Assembly: GCA_031316235.1 (NCBI GenBank)
Contig: JALDRA010000001.1
Coordinates: 2,820,001-2,852,000 of the forward strand
Length of the DNA: 32,000 nt
Source of the DNA: Candidatus Scalindua sp.
GTDB taxonomy: Bacteria > Planctomycetota > Brocadiia > Brocadiales > Scalinduaceae
Reading direction: 5' to 3'
The notes under the pieces were generated by a model, which did not search any database, was not told the origin of the DNA, and saw only the letters and a program-made list of their open reading frames with translations. Of the stretch, positions 7,735-15,597 are shown piece by piece. Every line of letters begins with the position of its first letter. Position 1 is the stretch's first letter. Position numbers and translations under genes: made by a program.

Positions 7735-8252
7735 ATGTCCACTTAAATGCATACTTATGAAATGGTTCACGGGAAAACTTCTCCCTAATATTCCTGATAG
7801 TTCGTTGATAGTAATGGATAATGCACCGTACCATAATACCATAGTCAGAGTATTCAGCATCAACAGGATCGAGTTTAAAGGATAAAATTTTGACTTGGTT
7901 AGAGTAAAATAAGATTTACTGTAGAGAAGATTGTTTTAAGCCTGAATTGGTCGAAATAATAAAAAAGTTAGCACCTGAGCCTACTTACGTAATTAATGAA
8001 ATTGCACGCAAACATGGTTACGAAGTCATGAGAACTCCACCTTATCACCCGGAGCTTCAGCCAAAAGAAACTTGTTGGGGCGTAGTTAAAAACCATATTG
8101 CCGGAAACTGCAACTTTACAATGAAAAATCTGATTGATCAACTTGAGAATGGATTCGAGCGGGTGACTTCTAAAACATGCGTAAAGATTATTGCAAAAGT
8201 GATAAAAACTGAAGATCAATTTTGGCGTGACGGTATAAGGTCGGATGCCTAA
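7735..8252 (+). pseudogene. degraded IS630/Tc1-mariner superfamily DDE transposase (C-terminal two thirds of the catalytic domain)
   Basis: Frame A (7735-7885) reads ..MKWFTGKLLPNIPDSSLIVMDNAPYHNT.., which contains the second-Asp motif. It ends at TAA 7883-7885. After a frameshift the reading continues as ..SSLKDKILTWLE*NKIY.. with an in-frame TAA at 7905-7907. It then runs into track ORF 7947..8252, which carries RTPPYHPELQPKETCW, the NPIE-type third catalytic residue. The N-terminal HTH and first Asp are missing. Confidence 0.6.
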
Positions 8253-8328
8253 TGCGCGGGTAAAATAGTAACAATTTGTTTGTGAATAACTATAGTGTGT
8301 GAACGAAAACCCTGTGTTCGAACACTAA

Positions 8329-9540
8329 TTATATCGGTGTGAACGTATCGATTATCTGGGCAGTTTCGGTGGCCATTATGAGATAGTTCTTGACGGATGC
8401 CGGTACAAAAAGCATCTGACCGTCAGGGAGGGCCTTTGGAATCTCATATTTTTTATCCTTTATAACCAGGTGCGCCTTGCCATGTGTCAGGACCAGAATG
8501 TGAAAACTGTCAAGTGTCTGTTTGAACTCTGCACCTCTTTCCAGCCGTATCCGGTGGACTGCGAGCCCCTTATCTTCAAAGCCTCCTGGTAGACGTTCGA
8601 CAATAACATGCTTTGTCTCTTTTAGAATTACCGGAGGCATTTTTTCTGAAACGTGGGAATGCATCTCTCCTGTTCTATCAATATCGAGCACTCTTTTGGT
8701 ATCTTTTCTCGGGTATCCGGGAAAGGCATACCTTATCGGGTAGATAGATCCATCTTCGAGTGACTGAGTAGGCCCAGAAATCTGAGGTTCAACCACCTGC
8801 ACACCGGGGCCTAGTGCGTGCAATGTTTTTGAAGGGATCGCGACAACATCCCCCGGTTCAACATATTGCCTGTTATAGAAGGTGTCAAGCCTCTCTCTGG
8901 CCGTGTTCAGCTCTTTCCGCATTTTTGCCAGTTTTGAAGATCCTGGTCTATTGCGGGCAGCTTCCGCAGCGGCAAGTGCAACATCATTTCTCTTGTTAAG
9001 CAGGTATTCATCTCCAGAGTGTATTAATAAGTCTATTAGGTTGTTAAGGGCATCTCCATAGAGTAAGAGTGATTTTTTGTAATGCATTGTAACCTCATTA
9101 CCGTATGATCTTACAGATTCCTGAGAAAAACCAATGATGATCCAGGGTCTTCCACCGGCTGCCACCCTGTCTGTTTCTGTAACTATCCAGAGTTCATTCT
9201 TTGAATCGTGAAATTGTACAGACAGTCTCGCTTTGGGGGTTAAAATTTTTACCAGCGGAAGCTGCTTACCATACCGGGAAACCACTTTATCACCCAGAAA
9301 CTCTTCGGGATTGTGGTGGACAATATCGTACAATGAACATGTGTCATATTCTAGAACAGCGGTTGAACTCCTTGTGGAGTCATCAGCGCCATACCAGTAT
9401 TCTCCTATACCGTTTACGCCCCAGATTTTCGGTTCTTTATACGGTTTCGTGTAAATGGGCTTTCCGTTCCAACTATTTTTTGCCCCGTTTTCAGAGAATT
9501 TCCTGTTTTTGTAAGGTTTCATCAATTCTGTTTTCCTCAT
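8329..9540 (-). CDS. class I mannose-6-phosphate isomerase-like cupin protein
   Basis: The ORF track gives 8329..9657. The start is probably ATG 9540 (MRKTEL), with ATG 9522 as an alternative, because upstream codons would overlap purN. PMI type-I-like metal motifs are present: LSVQFHDSKNELWIV and IPSKTLHALGPGVQVVEPQ. Confidence 0.7.
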   Translation of the reverse strand: MRKTELMKPYKNRKFSENGAKNSWNGKPIYTKPYKEPKIWGVNGIGEYWYGADDSTRSSTAVLEYDTCSLYDIVHHNPEEFLGDKVVSRYGKQLPLVKILTPKARLSVQFHDSKNELWIVTETDRVAAGGRPWIIIGFSQESVRSYGNEVTMHYKKSLLLYGDALNNLIDLLIHSGDEYLLNKRNDVALAAAEAARNRPGSSKLAKMRKELNTARERLDTFYNRQYVEPGDVVAIPSKTLHALGPGVQVVEPQISGPTQSLEDGSIYPIRYAFPGYPRKDTKRVLDIDRTGEMHSHVSEKMPPVILKETKHVIVERLPGGFEDKGLAVHRIRLERGAEFKQTLDSFHILVLTHGKAHLVIKDKKYEIPKALPDGQMLFVPASVKNYLIMATETAQIIDTFTPI

Positions 9541-9560
9541 AATCCTGTAAGAGTATAAGC

Positions 9561-10196
9561 TCAGGACGGCTCTGCCTTCAGGGTATTGACACGTCTCCCT
9601 ACTATCTGTAACCTTCCTTCTGCAAACAAACGTATGGCTTCGGGATAGGCTAAACACTCTTCCATAAACACCTTTTTCGAAACGGTATCAGGTGTGTCTT
9701 CATACAGGACGGGTACACTCCTCTGGATTATTATGGGGCCTCTATCGTACTCATTGTCGACAAAATGAACCGTACAGCCCGAGATCTTAACTCCGCTTTC
9801 GATCACGGCCTTGTGAACACGGCGGCCATAATACCCTTTACCCGAAAAAGAGGGGATTAATCCAGGGTGGATGTTCATGACTTTGCCAGTGTAATTGTCC
9901 GGTATCTTAAAGAGGTGGAGGAAACCGGCAAGAATGGTTAAATCGACTGGATATTTTTCTATCTCTCTGATTATGGTCTTACTAAACTCTTCTGGATTGT
10001 CATAGTCGCCATATTCTACAATGGCGACAGGGATGCCGTGCTGCTCAGCTCGTTTTAGGCCGTATGCTTCAGGAGAACTGCTGATTACGACTTTGATGTG
10101 TGCATGAAGAGAGCCTTCACATATTTTATCAATCAGATTTTGAAGTGTTGAACCACTTCCCGATATAAGTACTGCTAAATTGATTGCTTTCGACAT
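9561..10196 (-). CDS. purN: phosphoribosylglycinamide formyltransferase
   Basis: The motifs LAVLISGSGSTLQNL, NIHPGLIPSFSG and GCTVHFVDNEYDRGPII are typical of PurN. Confidence 0.9.
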   Translation of the reverse strand: MSKAINLAVLISGSGSTLQNLIDKICEGSLHAHIKVVISSSPEAYGLKRAEQHGIPVAIVEYGDYDNPEEFSKTIIREIEKYPVDLTILAGFLHLFKIPDNYTGKVMNIHPGLIPSFSGKGYYGRRVHKAVIESGVKISGCTVHFVDNEYDRGPIIIQRSVPVLYEDTPDTVSKKVFMEECLAYPEAIRLFAEGRLQIVGRRVNTLKAEPS

Positions 10197-10304
10197 TCAG
10201 TAAGAAAAAAATTTGGATGAAATTCTACGAGGCATATTCTACATTGTCTCATGATAATTGCAACGGGATATTACTGCTGTTTCTCTTTTACCTTAGATTT
10301 CTAT

Positions 10305-10333
10305 TTGACATAACTAATTTTTTATAGTTTAAT
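10305..10333 (+). promoter_or_regulatory. candidate sigma70-type promoter for the cooC-acsB operon
   Basis: TTGACA at 10305-10310, a 17-nt spacer, then TTTAAT at 10328-10333, about 40 nt upstream of the cooC ATG. This is a pattern match only. Confidence 0.3.
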
Positions 10334-10373
10334 AAACAACTTAATTTTTTGACACTTAACGTTTTGGATTCCC

Positions 10374-11144
10374 ATGAAGATAGCTGTTTCCGGTAAAGGC
10401 GGGGTGGGTAAGACTACCTTGGTTGCTGCAATGTCAAAGATATTTTCTGATGATGGTGACAAGGTTATTGCCATAGATGCGGATCCGGATATGAATCTGG
10501 CAGCCGCTTTAGGGTTTGGTAATGCTGAGAAGATTACACCGCTTGTTGAGTTAAAGGCACTGATCAGGGAAAGGACAGGTTCAACATCTGAAGAGTACGG
10601 AAAGTTGTTTAAACTGAACCCGACAGTGAATGATTTGCCCGAGAAATATTCCGTCGTAATAAATGGGGTGAGATTGATGACCCTTGGTACCATCAAGCGA
10701 GGCGGAGGCGGTTGTGCGTGTCCTGAAGGTGTTATGCTGAAGACACTCCTGAACCACTTGATACTGCAGAGAGATGAGGTTGTGCTTATAGACATGGAGG
10801 CTGGTATTGAACATTTAGGACGTGCATCGATTGGGGCTGTGACCGCATTGATCGTGGTTGTTGAACCGGGGAAAAGGAGTGTTCAGACAGCGTTCCAGAT
10901 AAAGAAACTTGCCTGTGATATAGGGGTAAAAACCGTCTTGGCGGTAGGGAGCAAGGTAATGAATGATGTGCATAAAAAATTTTTGATTGATGCCCTTCAG
11001 GAAATTCCGTTGCTGGGGATTATTTCGTATAATGATAAGCTCATTGAATCTGATCTGCGGGGAGAAGCAATTTTTAATAATAATGAAAAATTGTTGTCAG
11101 ATGTAAGGGGAATAATCAAACAACTTAAGGTGTATATAAAATGA
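10374..11144 (+). CDS. cooC: CooC/AcsF-type nickel-insertion ATPase (CODH/ACS maturation factor)
   Basis: The deviant Walker A motif is KIAVSGKGGVGKTT. The metal-binding CxC motif is GGGCACPEG. The protein is MinD/ParA-like and the gene sits directly upstream of acsB. Confidence 0.85.
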   Translation: MKIAVSGKGGVGKTTLVAAMSKIFSDDGDKVIAIDADPDMNLAAALGFGNAEKITPLVELKALIRERTGSTSEEYGKLFKLNPTVNDLPEKYSVVINGVRLMTLGTIKRGGGGCACPEGVMLKTLLNHLILQRDEVVLIDMEAGIEHLGRASIGAVTALIVVVEPGKRSVQTAFQIKKLACDIGVKTVLAVGSKVMNDVHKKFLIDALQEIPLLGIISYNDKLIESDLRGEAIFNNNEKLLSDVRGIIKQLKVYIK

Positions 11145-11191
11145 CAAAGTATAATGTACTATTTTACATTGAAAGATAGGAGTAGGTACAG

Positions 11192-13372
11192 ATGTCAAGA
11201 ATAATATGTTCTGCTGCAATACGGGGTGCATATTCTATTGTAAAGCAGGCAGAGGCAAAATTAAACGAAGCAATAGAATCAAAAGGGAAAGATGCGAAGG
11301 TTGAATTTCCCAACACCGGTTACTGTCTGCCCATAATCTACGCAGCTACTGCACTGAAGGTAAAGACCCTGTCTGATTGCGAAGAGGCACTCGGGCACGC
11401 ACGGGCGTTATTACCGCCCATGCCGGAAGAAGAAGTATGGCTGCCGTATCTCGGCTGGGCCCTGGATGCCGGCATAGCGACGCTTTTTGCAGAGGAGGTA
11501 TTAGAGGCGTGTAAATACCTTATCGGCCCGAACCCTGTAGAGGGGATATGGCTGGGAGCTGCGAGTGACGTTATTCTGCGGGAACGCGGGATAGAGTTTG
11601 TTGACGGCACTGCTCCGGGGTTTGCTGCGGTTGTTGGAGCTGCGCCCACAAATGAGATTGCCGTGAAGATAGCGCGCGAGTTGCAGGAGAAAAACCTGTA
11701 TGTTTTTATCTCCGGTAACACAAACGGCAAATCTTTCGCGGAGCAGCTTGATGAAGAGGGTGTACAGCTTGGGTGGGAGACAAGACTTGTACCGTTTGGC
11801 AAGAGCATTACCGCTACTATCTATTCCCTTGGATTTGCAAATAAAGCCGCGTTATCTTTTGGAGGTATAAAAGCAGGAGACTTCAGGAGGAATCTGCTCT
11901 ACAATAAAAACAGGATTTTTGCCTTTGTCATGGCGCTGGGCGAGGTGGATGATGAAAAATATGCAAATGCTGCGGGAGCTATCAACTATGGTTTTCCGAC
12001 CATAGCGGATACCGATATACCTTCTGTTTTGCCGACAGGTGTTTGTACGTATGAGCATGTGGTGCCCAATATTTCTCATGATAAGATTGTAGAAAAGTGC
12101 ATTGAGGTGAGGGGGTTAAAGGTAGCTGCCGCGAAGGTGGATATTCCGGTTGCATACGGCCCGGCATTCGAAGGCGAGAGAATCAGAAAAGAGGATATGC
12201 AGATAGAGATAGGGGGACCGGGTACCCCGGCGTTTGAATATGTTGTCATGAGGGATAATAGTGAAATTGAAGATGGTAAGGTGAATGTGGTTGGTCCGGA
12301 TATGGATGAAATGGAGCCGGGTCCGGGTAAATCGCTGGGGATATATATTGAGGTATCCGGGCGTAAGATGCAGAGTGAATTTGAACCGATCTTTGAAAGA
12401 AGAACCCATCATTTCCTCGGAGAAGCACAGGGATTCTTTCATATGGGGCAGAGAGACATTATCAGGCACAGAATCAGCAAGGATGCTTTTGATAAAGGAT
12501 TCAGGCTGTTCCACATAGGCAAAATAATTCACTCCAAATATCATGAGGAGTACGGTGCATTATTAGACAAGGTCCAGGTAACATTGTATACAGACAGAGA
12601 TAAGGTAGAGACTAAGCTGGATGAGGTGAAAGCGGCATTTACCGAACGTGATGAAAGGGCACTGGGGATGACAGATGCATCAGTAAATCAATTTTACAGC
12701 TGTACTCTGTGCCAGAGTTTCGCGCCCAGCCACGTATGCATAATATCTCCTGAACGTTCCGGTTTGTGCGGTGCGGTCAGCTGGCTGGACGGGAAGGCAG
12801 GTTTTGAAATAACACCGACAGGCCCGAATCAACCAATTGAAAAAGGTAAATTGATAGATGAAAAGCTGGGCCTCTGGGAAGGGACAAACAGGTTCCTCTA
12901 CCAGGCATCCAACAGAGAGTTTGAACAGGTAAGCATGTACAGTATGGTAACGAATCCCATGACAAGCTGCGGTTGTTTTGAATGTATCTCCGCCATGCTG
13001 CCGATGACTAATGGGATAATGACCGTGGATAGAGACTATACAGGTATGACTCCCTGCGGGATGAAATTTTCTACACTTGCGGGAACAGTCGGAGGTGGAA
13101 TACAGACGCCCGGGTTTGTAGGGCACAGCAAATTTTACATGAGCAGCAGCAAATTTATTTCTGGTGACGGTGGTCTTGCCAGGCTGGTGTGGATGCCAAA
13201 ACAGCTCAAAGATGAGATCGGTGATGTCCTGCTTAAGGCTGCAGAATCTGCCGGGCTGGAAGATTTTGTCAGTAAGATTGCTGACGAAACCATAGCGGTG
13301 ACAGAAGAAGAGGTCTTTGAACACCTGCAGAAAGTCAACCATCCCGTTCTTGCAATGGAACCAATGTTTTAA
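11192..13372 (+). CDS. acsB: acetyl-CoA synthase catalytic subunit (CO-methylating ACS, AcsB/CdhC)
   Basis: The product is 726 aa. The A-cluster ligand motifs are CTLCQSFAPSHVCIISPERSGLCG and the Ni-Ni binding site SCGCFE. A TAGGAG ribosome-binding site precedes the start. Confidence 0.95.
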   Translation: MSRIICSAAIRGAYSIVKQAEAKLNEAIESKGKDAKVEFPNTGYCLPIIYAATALKVKTLSDCEEALGHARALLPPMPEEEVWLPYLGWALDAGIATLFAEEVLEACKYLIGPNPVEGIWLGAASDVILRERGIEFVDGTAPGFAAVVGAAPTNEIAVKIARELQEKNLYVFISGNTNGKSFAEQLDEEGVQLGWETRLVPFGKSITATIYSLGFANKAALSFGGIKAGDFRRNLLYNKNRIFAFVMALGEVDDEKYANAAGAINYGFPTIADTDIPSVLPTGVCTYEHVVPNISHDKIVEKCIEVRGLKVAAAKVDIPVAYGPAFEGERIRKEDMQIEIGGPGTPAFEYVVMRDNSEIEDGKVNVVGPDMDEMEPGPGKSLGIYIEVSGRKMQSEFEPIFERRTHHFLGEAQGFFHMGQRDIIRHRISKDAFDKGFRLFHIGKIIHSKYHEEYGALLDKVQVTLYTDRDKVETKLDEVKAAFTERDERALGMTDASVNQFYSCTLCQSFAPSHVCIISPERSGLCGAVSWLDGKAGFEITPTGPNQPIEKGKLIDEKLGLWEGTNRFLYQASNREFEQVSMYSMVTNPMTSCGCFECISAMLPMTNGIMTVDRDYTGMTPCGMKFSTLAGTVGGGIQTPGFVGHSKFYMSSSKFISGDGGLARLVWMPKQLKDEIGDVLLKAAESAGLEDFVSKIADETIAVTEEEVFEHLQKVNHPVLAMEPMF

Positions 13373-13380
13373 GGAAAGGA

Positions 13381-13983
13381 ATGAATACTATTAGATATCA
13401 GGAAAACAATCAGGGAAAAGATGAGAAACGGTTTGACAGCCTCAGTGAAAGGCTTCTCAAGAGCCGTACTATCTTGATTGCAGAAGAGGTGACGAAGCAG
13501 TTAGCCCAGAGGGTGATAGCACAATTGTTATTGCTTGAGCAGGAGAGTGACAAGGATGAGATTAAGATGTATATTAATTCTCCTGGCGGTGATGCAGACG
13601 CAGGGTTTGCCATATACGATATGATGAGGTTTGTTAAACCTCCGATTAAGACTATCTGTGCAGGTGTTACTGCCAGTGCAGCCGTGATTATTCTCATTGG
13701 TAGTGAAAAAGAAAACCGGTTCAGCTTGCCAAATTCCAGAATACTTATACATCAACCGTCTACCGGTGTGCACGGGACCGCATCTGATATCCAAATAGAG
13801 GCAAGTGAGATACTGAAATGTCGTGAGAAGATTAACTCCCTGATAGCGAAAGAGACCAATAAAGAGCTGGTACAGGTTGAAAACGATACAAAAAGGAACT
13901 ACTGGATGTCGGCTGAGGAAGCGGTTACTTACGGCTTGTTGAGAAAAATAATAAAGACAGGTGACGATTTTAATTCATCTTAA
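13381..13983 (+). CDS. clpP: ClpP-family peptidase paralog (Ser99-His124-Asn173 at the catalytic triad positions)
   Basis: The motifs YINSPGG, ICAGVTASAA (Ser), LPNSRILIHQP (His) and ENDTKRNYWMSAEEAVTYGL are present. The start lies 8 nt after the acsB stop and has an AAGGAAAGGA ribosome-binding site. The position 49 residues after the His is Asn (AAC at 13897-13899), where canonical ClpP has Asp. Confidence 0.85.
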   Translation: MNTIRYQENNQGKDEKRFDSLSERLLKSRTILIAEEVTKQLAQRVIAQLLLLEQESDKDEIKMYINSPGGDADAGFAIYDMMRFVKPPIKTICAGVTASAAVIILIGSEKENRFSLPNSRILIHQPSTGVHGTASDIQIEASEILKCREKINSLIAKETNKELVQVENDTKRNYWMSAEEAVTYGLLRKIIKTGDDFNSS

Positions 13984-14043
13984 AGGGAGAGCCGTAGAAA
14001 TTATTTTGTTAACACATTTTACGATAAAAAGAGGATTTGATAA

Positions 14044-15384
14044 ATGGCATTAACAGGGCTTGAGATCTACAAACTTTTACCTAAAACCAATTGTAAAAAA
14101 TGTGGGCGGGCAACATGTTTGGCCTTTGCGATGCAATTGGCACAGAAAAAAGCTGAATTGAAAGACTGTCCGGATGTAAGTGAAGAAGCGAAAAGTAAGC
14201 TAGGTGAAGCTTCTGCTCCACCAATAAAACTTGTGACAATTGGTACCGGTGACAAACAGCTGAAAATTGGTGAGGAAAACGTACTCTTCAGGCATGATGA
14301 GAAATTCTATCATCCTACGGGGGTTGCCGTAACGATCAGTGACAATCTTGATGAGGGTGCGTTCAAGGAAAGACTGGAAAAGATAAATAACCTCAAGTTT
14401 ACGCGTGTAGGTACTGATATTGAAATTGATCTCATTGCATTACAGGATAAAAGCGGAGATGCTTCAAAGTTTTCTGAAATGGCAAAGGAAGTGTGTGGCA
14501 ACACAAACCTCTCTGTAATTCTTGATAGTAAATCGGTTGACAATATGCGGGCGGCTTTAGAGCTGTGTGCCGATAAAAAACCGTTAATTCACGGTGCGAA
14601 TTCCGAGAACTGGGAACCGATGGCGGCGCTTGCAAAAGAGAAAGGGTGCCCTTTAAGCGTTAGTGCACCAAGCCTAGAGGAACTTGCTGATTTGACTCAA
14701 AAGATTAAAGGTGCTGGAGTAGATGATCTGGTTCTGCATCAATCGTCCAGCAATACTAAGGAAATTCTACAAGGCCTTACCAGGATCCGCAGGGCAGCAT
14801 TAAGGAAAGCTTTCCGTCCCCTTGGATACCCAGCTTTAACCTATATGGGGAATGGTAACCCTGATAGAGAAATCGCAAGTGCCAGTGCCTTTATCGCGAA
14901 ATACGCGGGTATTGTTGTCGTGGATTCCTCTGAACCATGGCAGATAATGCCACTATTGACGGTACGTCAGAATATCTTTACTGATCCACAGAAACCGGTT
15001 CAGGTTCAACCAAAACTTTACGAGGTTGGGCAGGTCAATGAAAATTCTCCGGTACTTTTCACCACCAACTTTTCATTGACATATTATACCGTGGAGGGTG
15101 AGGTGGAAGCCAGCCGTGTTCCTTCCTATATTCTGGCAGTAGGGACGGAAGGTACCTCAGTTTTGACAGCATATTCTGGTGATAAACTTAATGAAGATGT
15201 CATCGCAAAGGCTATGACCAGCGCGCAATTAGAAGAAAAGGTGAAGCACAGAAAACTTATTATTCCCGGCCTTGTCGCTGTTTTGTCGGCGAAAATACAG
15301 GAAAAAACAAAATGGGAAGCACTTGTTGGTCCAAAAGAAGCCTCGGGACTCCCCACATACTTGAAAACAGCATGGCATAAGTAA
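14044..15384 (+). CDS. acsC: corrinoid iron-sulfur protein large subunit (AcsC / CdhE)
   Basis: The product is 446 aa. The N-terminal 4Fe-4S motif is LPKTNCKKCGRATCLAFAMQLAQKKAELKDCP. A TIM-barrel domain and a C-terminal corrinoid-binding domain follow. Confidence 0.92.
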   Translation: MALTGLEIYKLLPKTNCKKCGRATCLAFAMQLAQKKAELKDCPDVSEEAKSKLGEASAPPIKLVTIGTGDKQLKIGEENVLFRHDEKFYHPTGVAVTISDNLDEGAFKERLEKINNLKFTRVGTDIEIDLIALQDKSGDASKFSEMAKEVCGNTNLSVILDSKSVDNMRAALELCADKKPLIHGANSENWEPMAALAKEKGCPLSVSAPSLEELADLTQKIKGAGVDDLVLHQSSSNTKEILQGLTRIRRAALRKAFRPLGYPALTYMGNGNPDREIASASAFIAKYAGIVVVDSSEPWQIMPLLTVRQNIFTDPQKPVQVQPKLYEVGQVNENSPVLFTTNFSLTYYTVEGEVEASRVPSYILAVGTEGTSVLTAYSGDKLNEDVIAKAMTSAQLEEKVKHRKLIIPGLVAVLSAKIQEKTKWEALVGPKEASGLPTYLKTAWHK

Positions 15385-15597
15385 ATGAGACCCGATTTGC
15401 GAGTCTCATCAGACCTGGTTAAACCGGTAAGTCCAGGACGACCTTTTGCAGAAAACACCGTATCCGGAACAATCTAATGCGTGCCATCCTATCCGGCAGG
15501 CAGACTCCCAGGTTGCATTTTACTGCGTCTGAAATTCTTATTATTTTAGGTTGTTGTCCAGGTATGACCATGCCTTAATTGTCTTTTACGAGAAAAC

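Noticed and set aside
8301-8311. Shared 11-mer TGAACGAAAAC between the 2793-2918 palindrome arm and the region downstream of the IS630-like pseudogene
   Set aside because: The match is short and, relative to the element ends, lies in the opposite orientation to the MITE subterminal box. It is probably coincidental.
12680-13342. 220-aa minus-strand ORF and several other ORFs antisense to acsB. Similar cases are 4467..4904 opposite pyrB, 10322..10795 opposite cooC and 23053..23595 opposite the kinase.
   Set aside because: Each overlaps a confidently identified gene on the other strand and shows no recognisable motifs.
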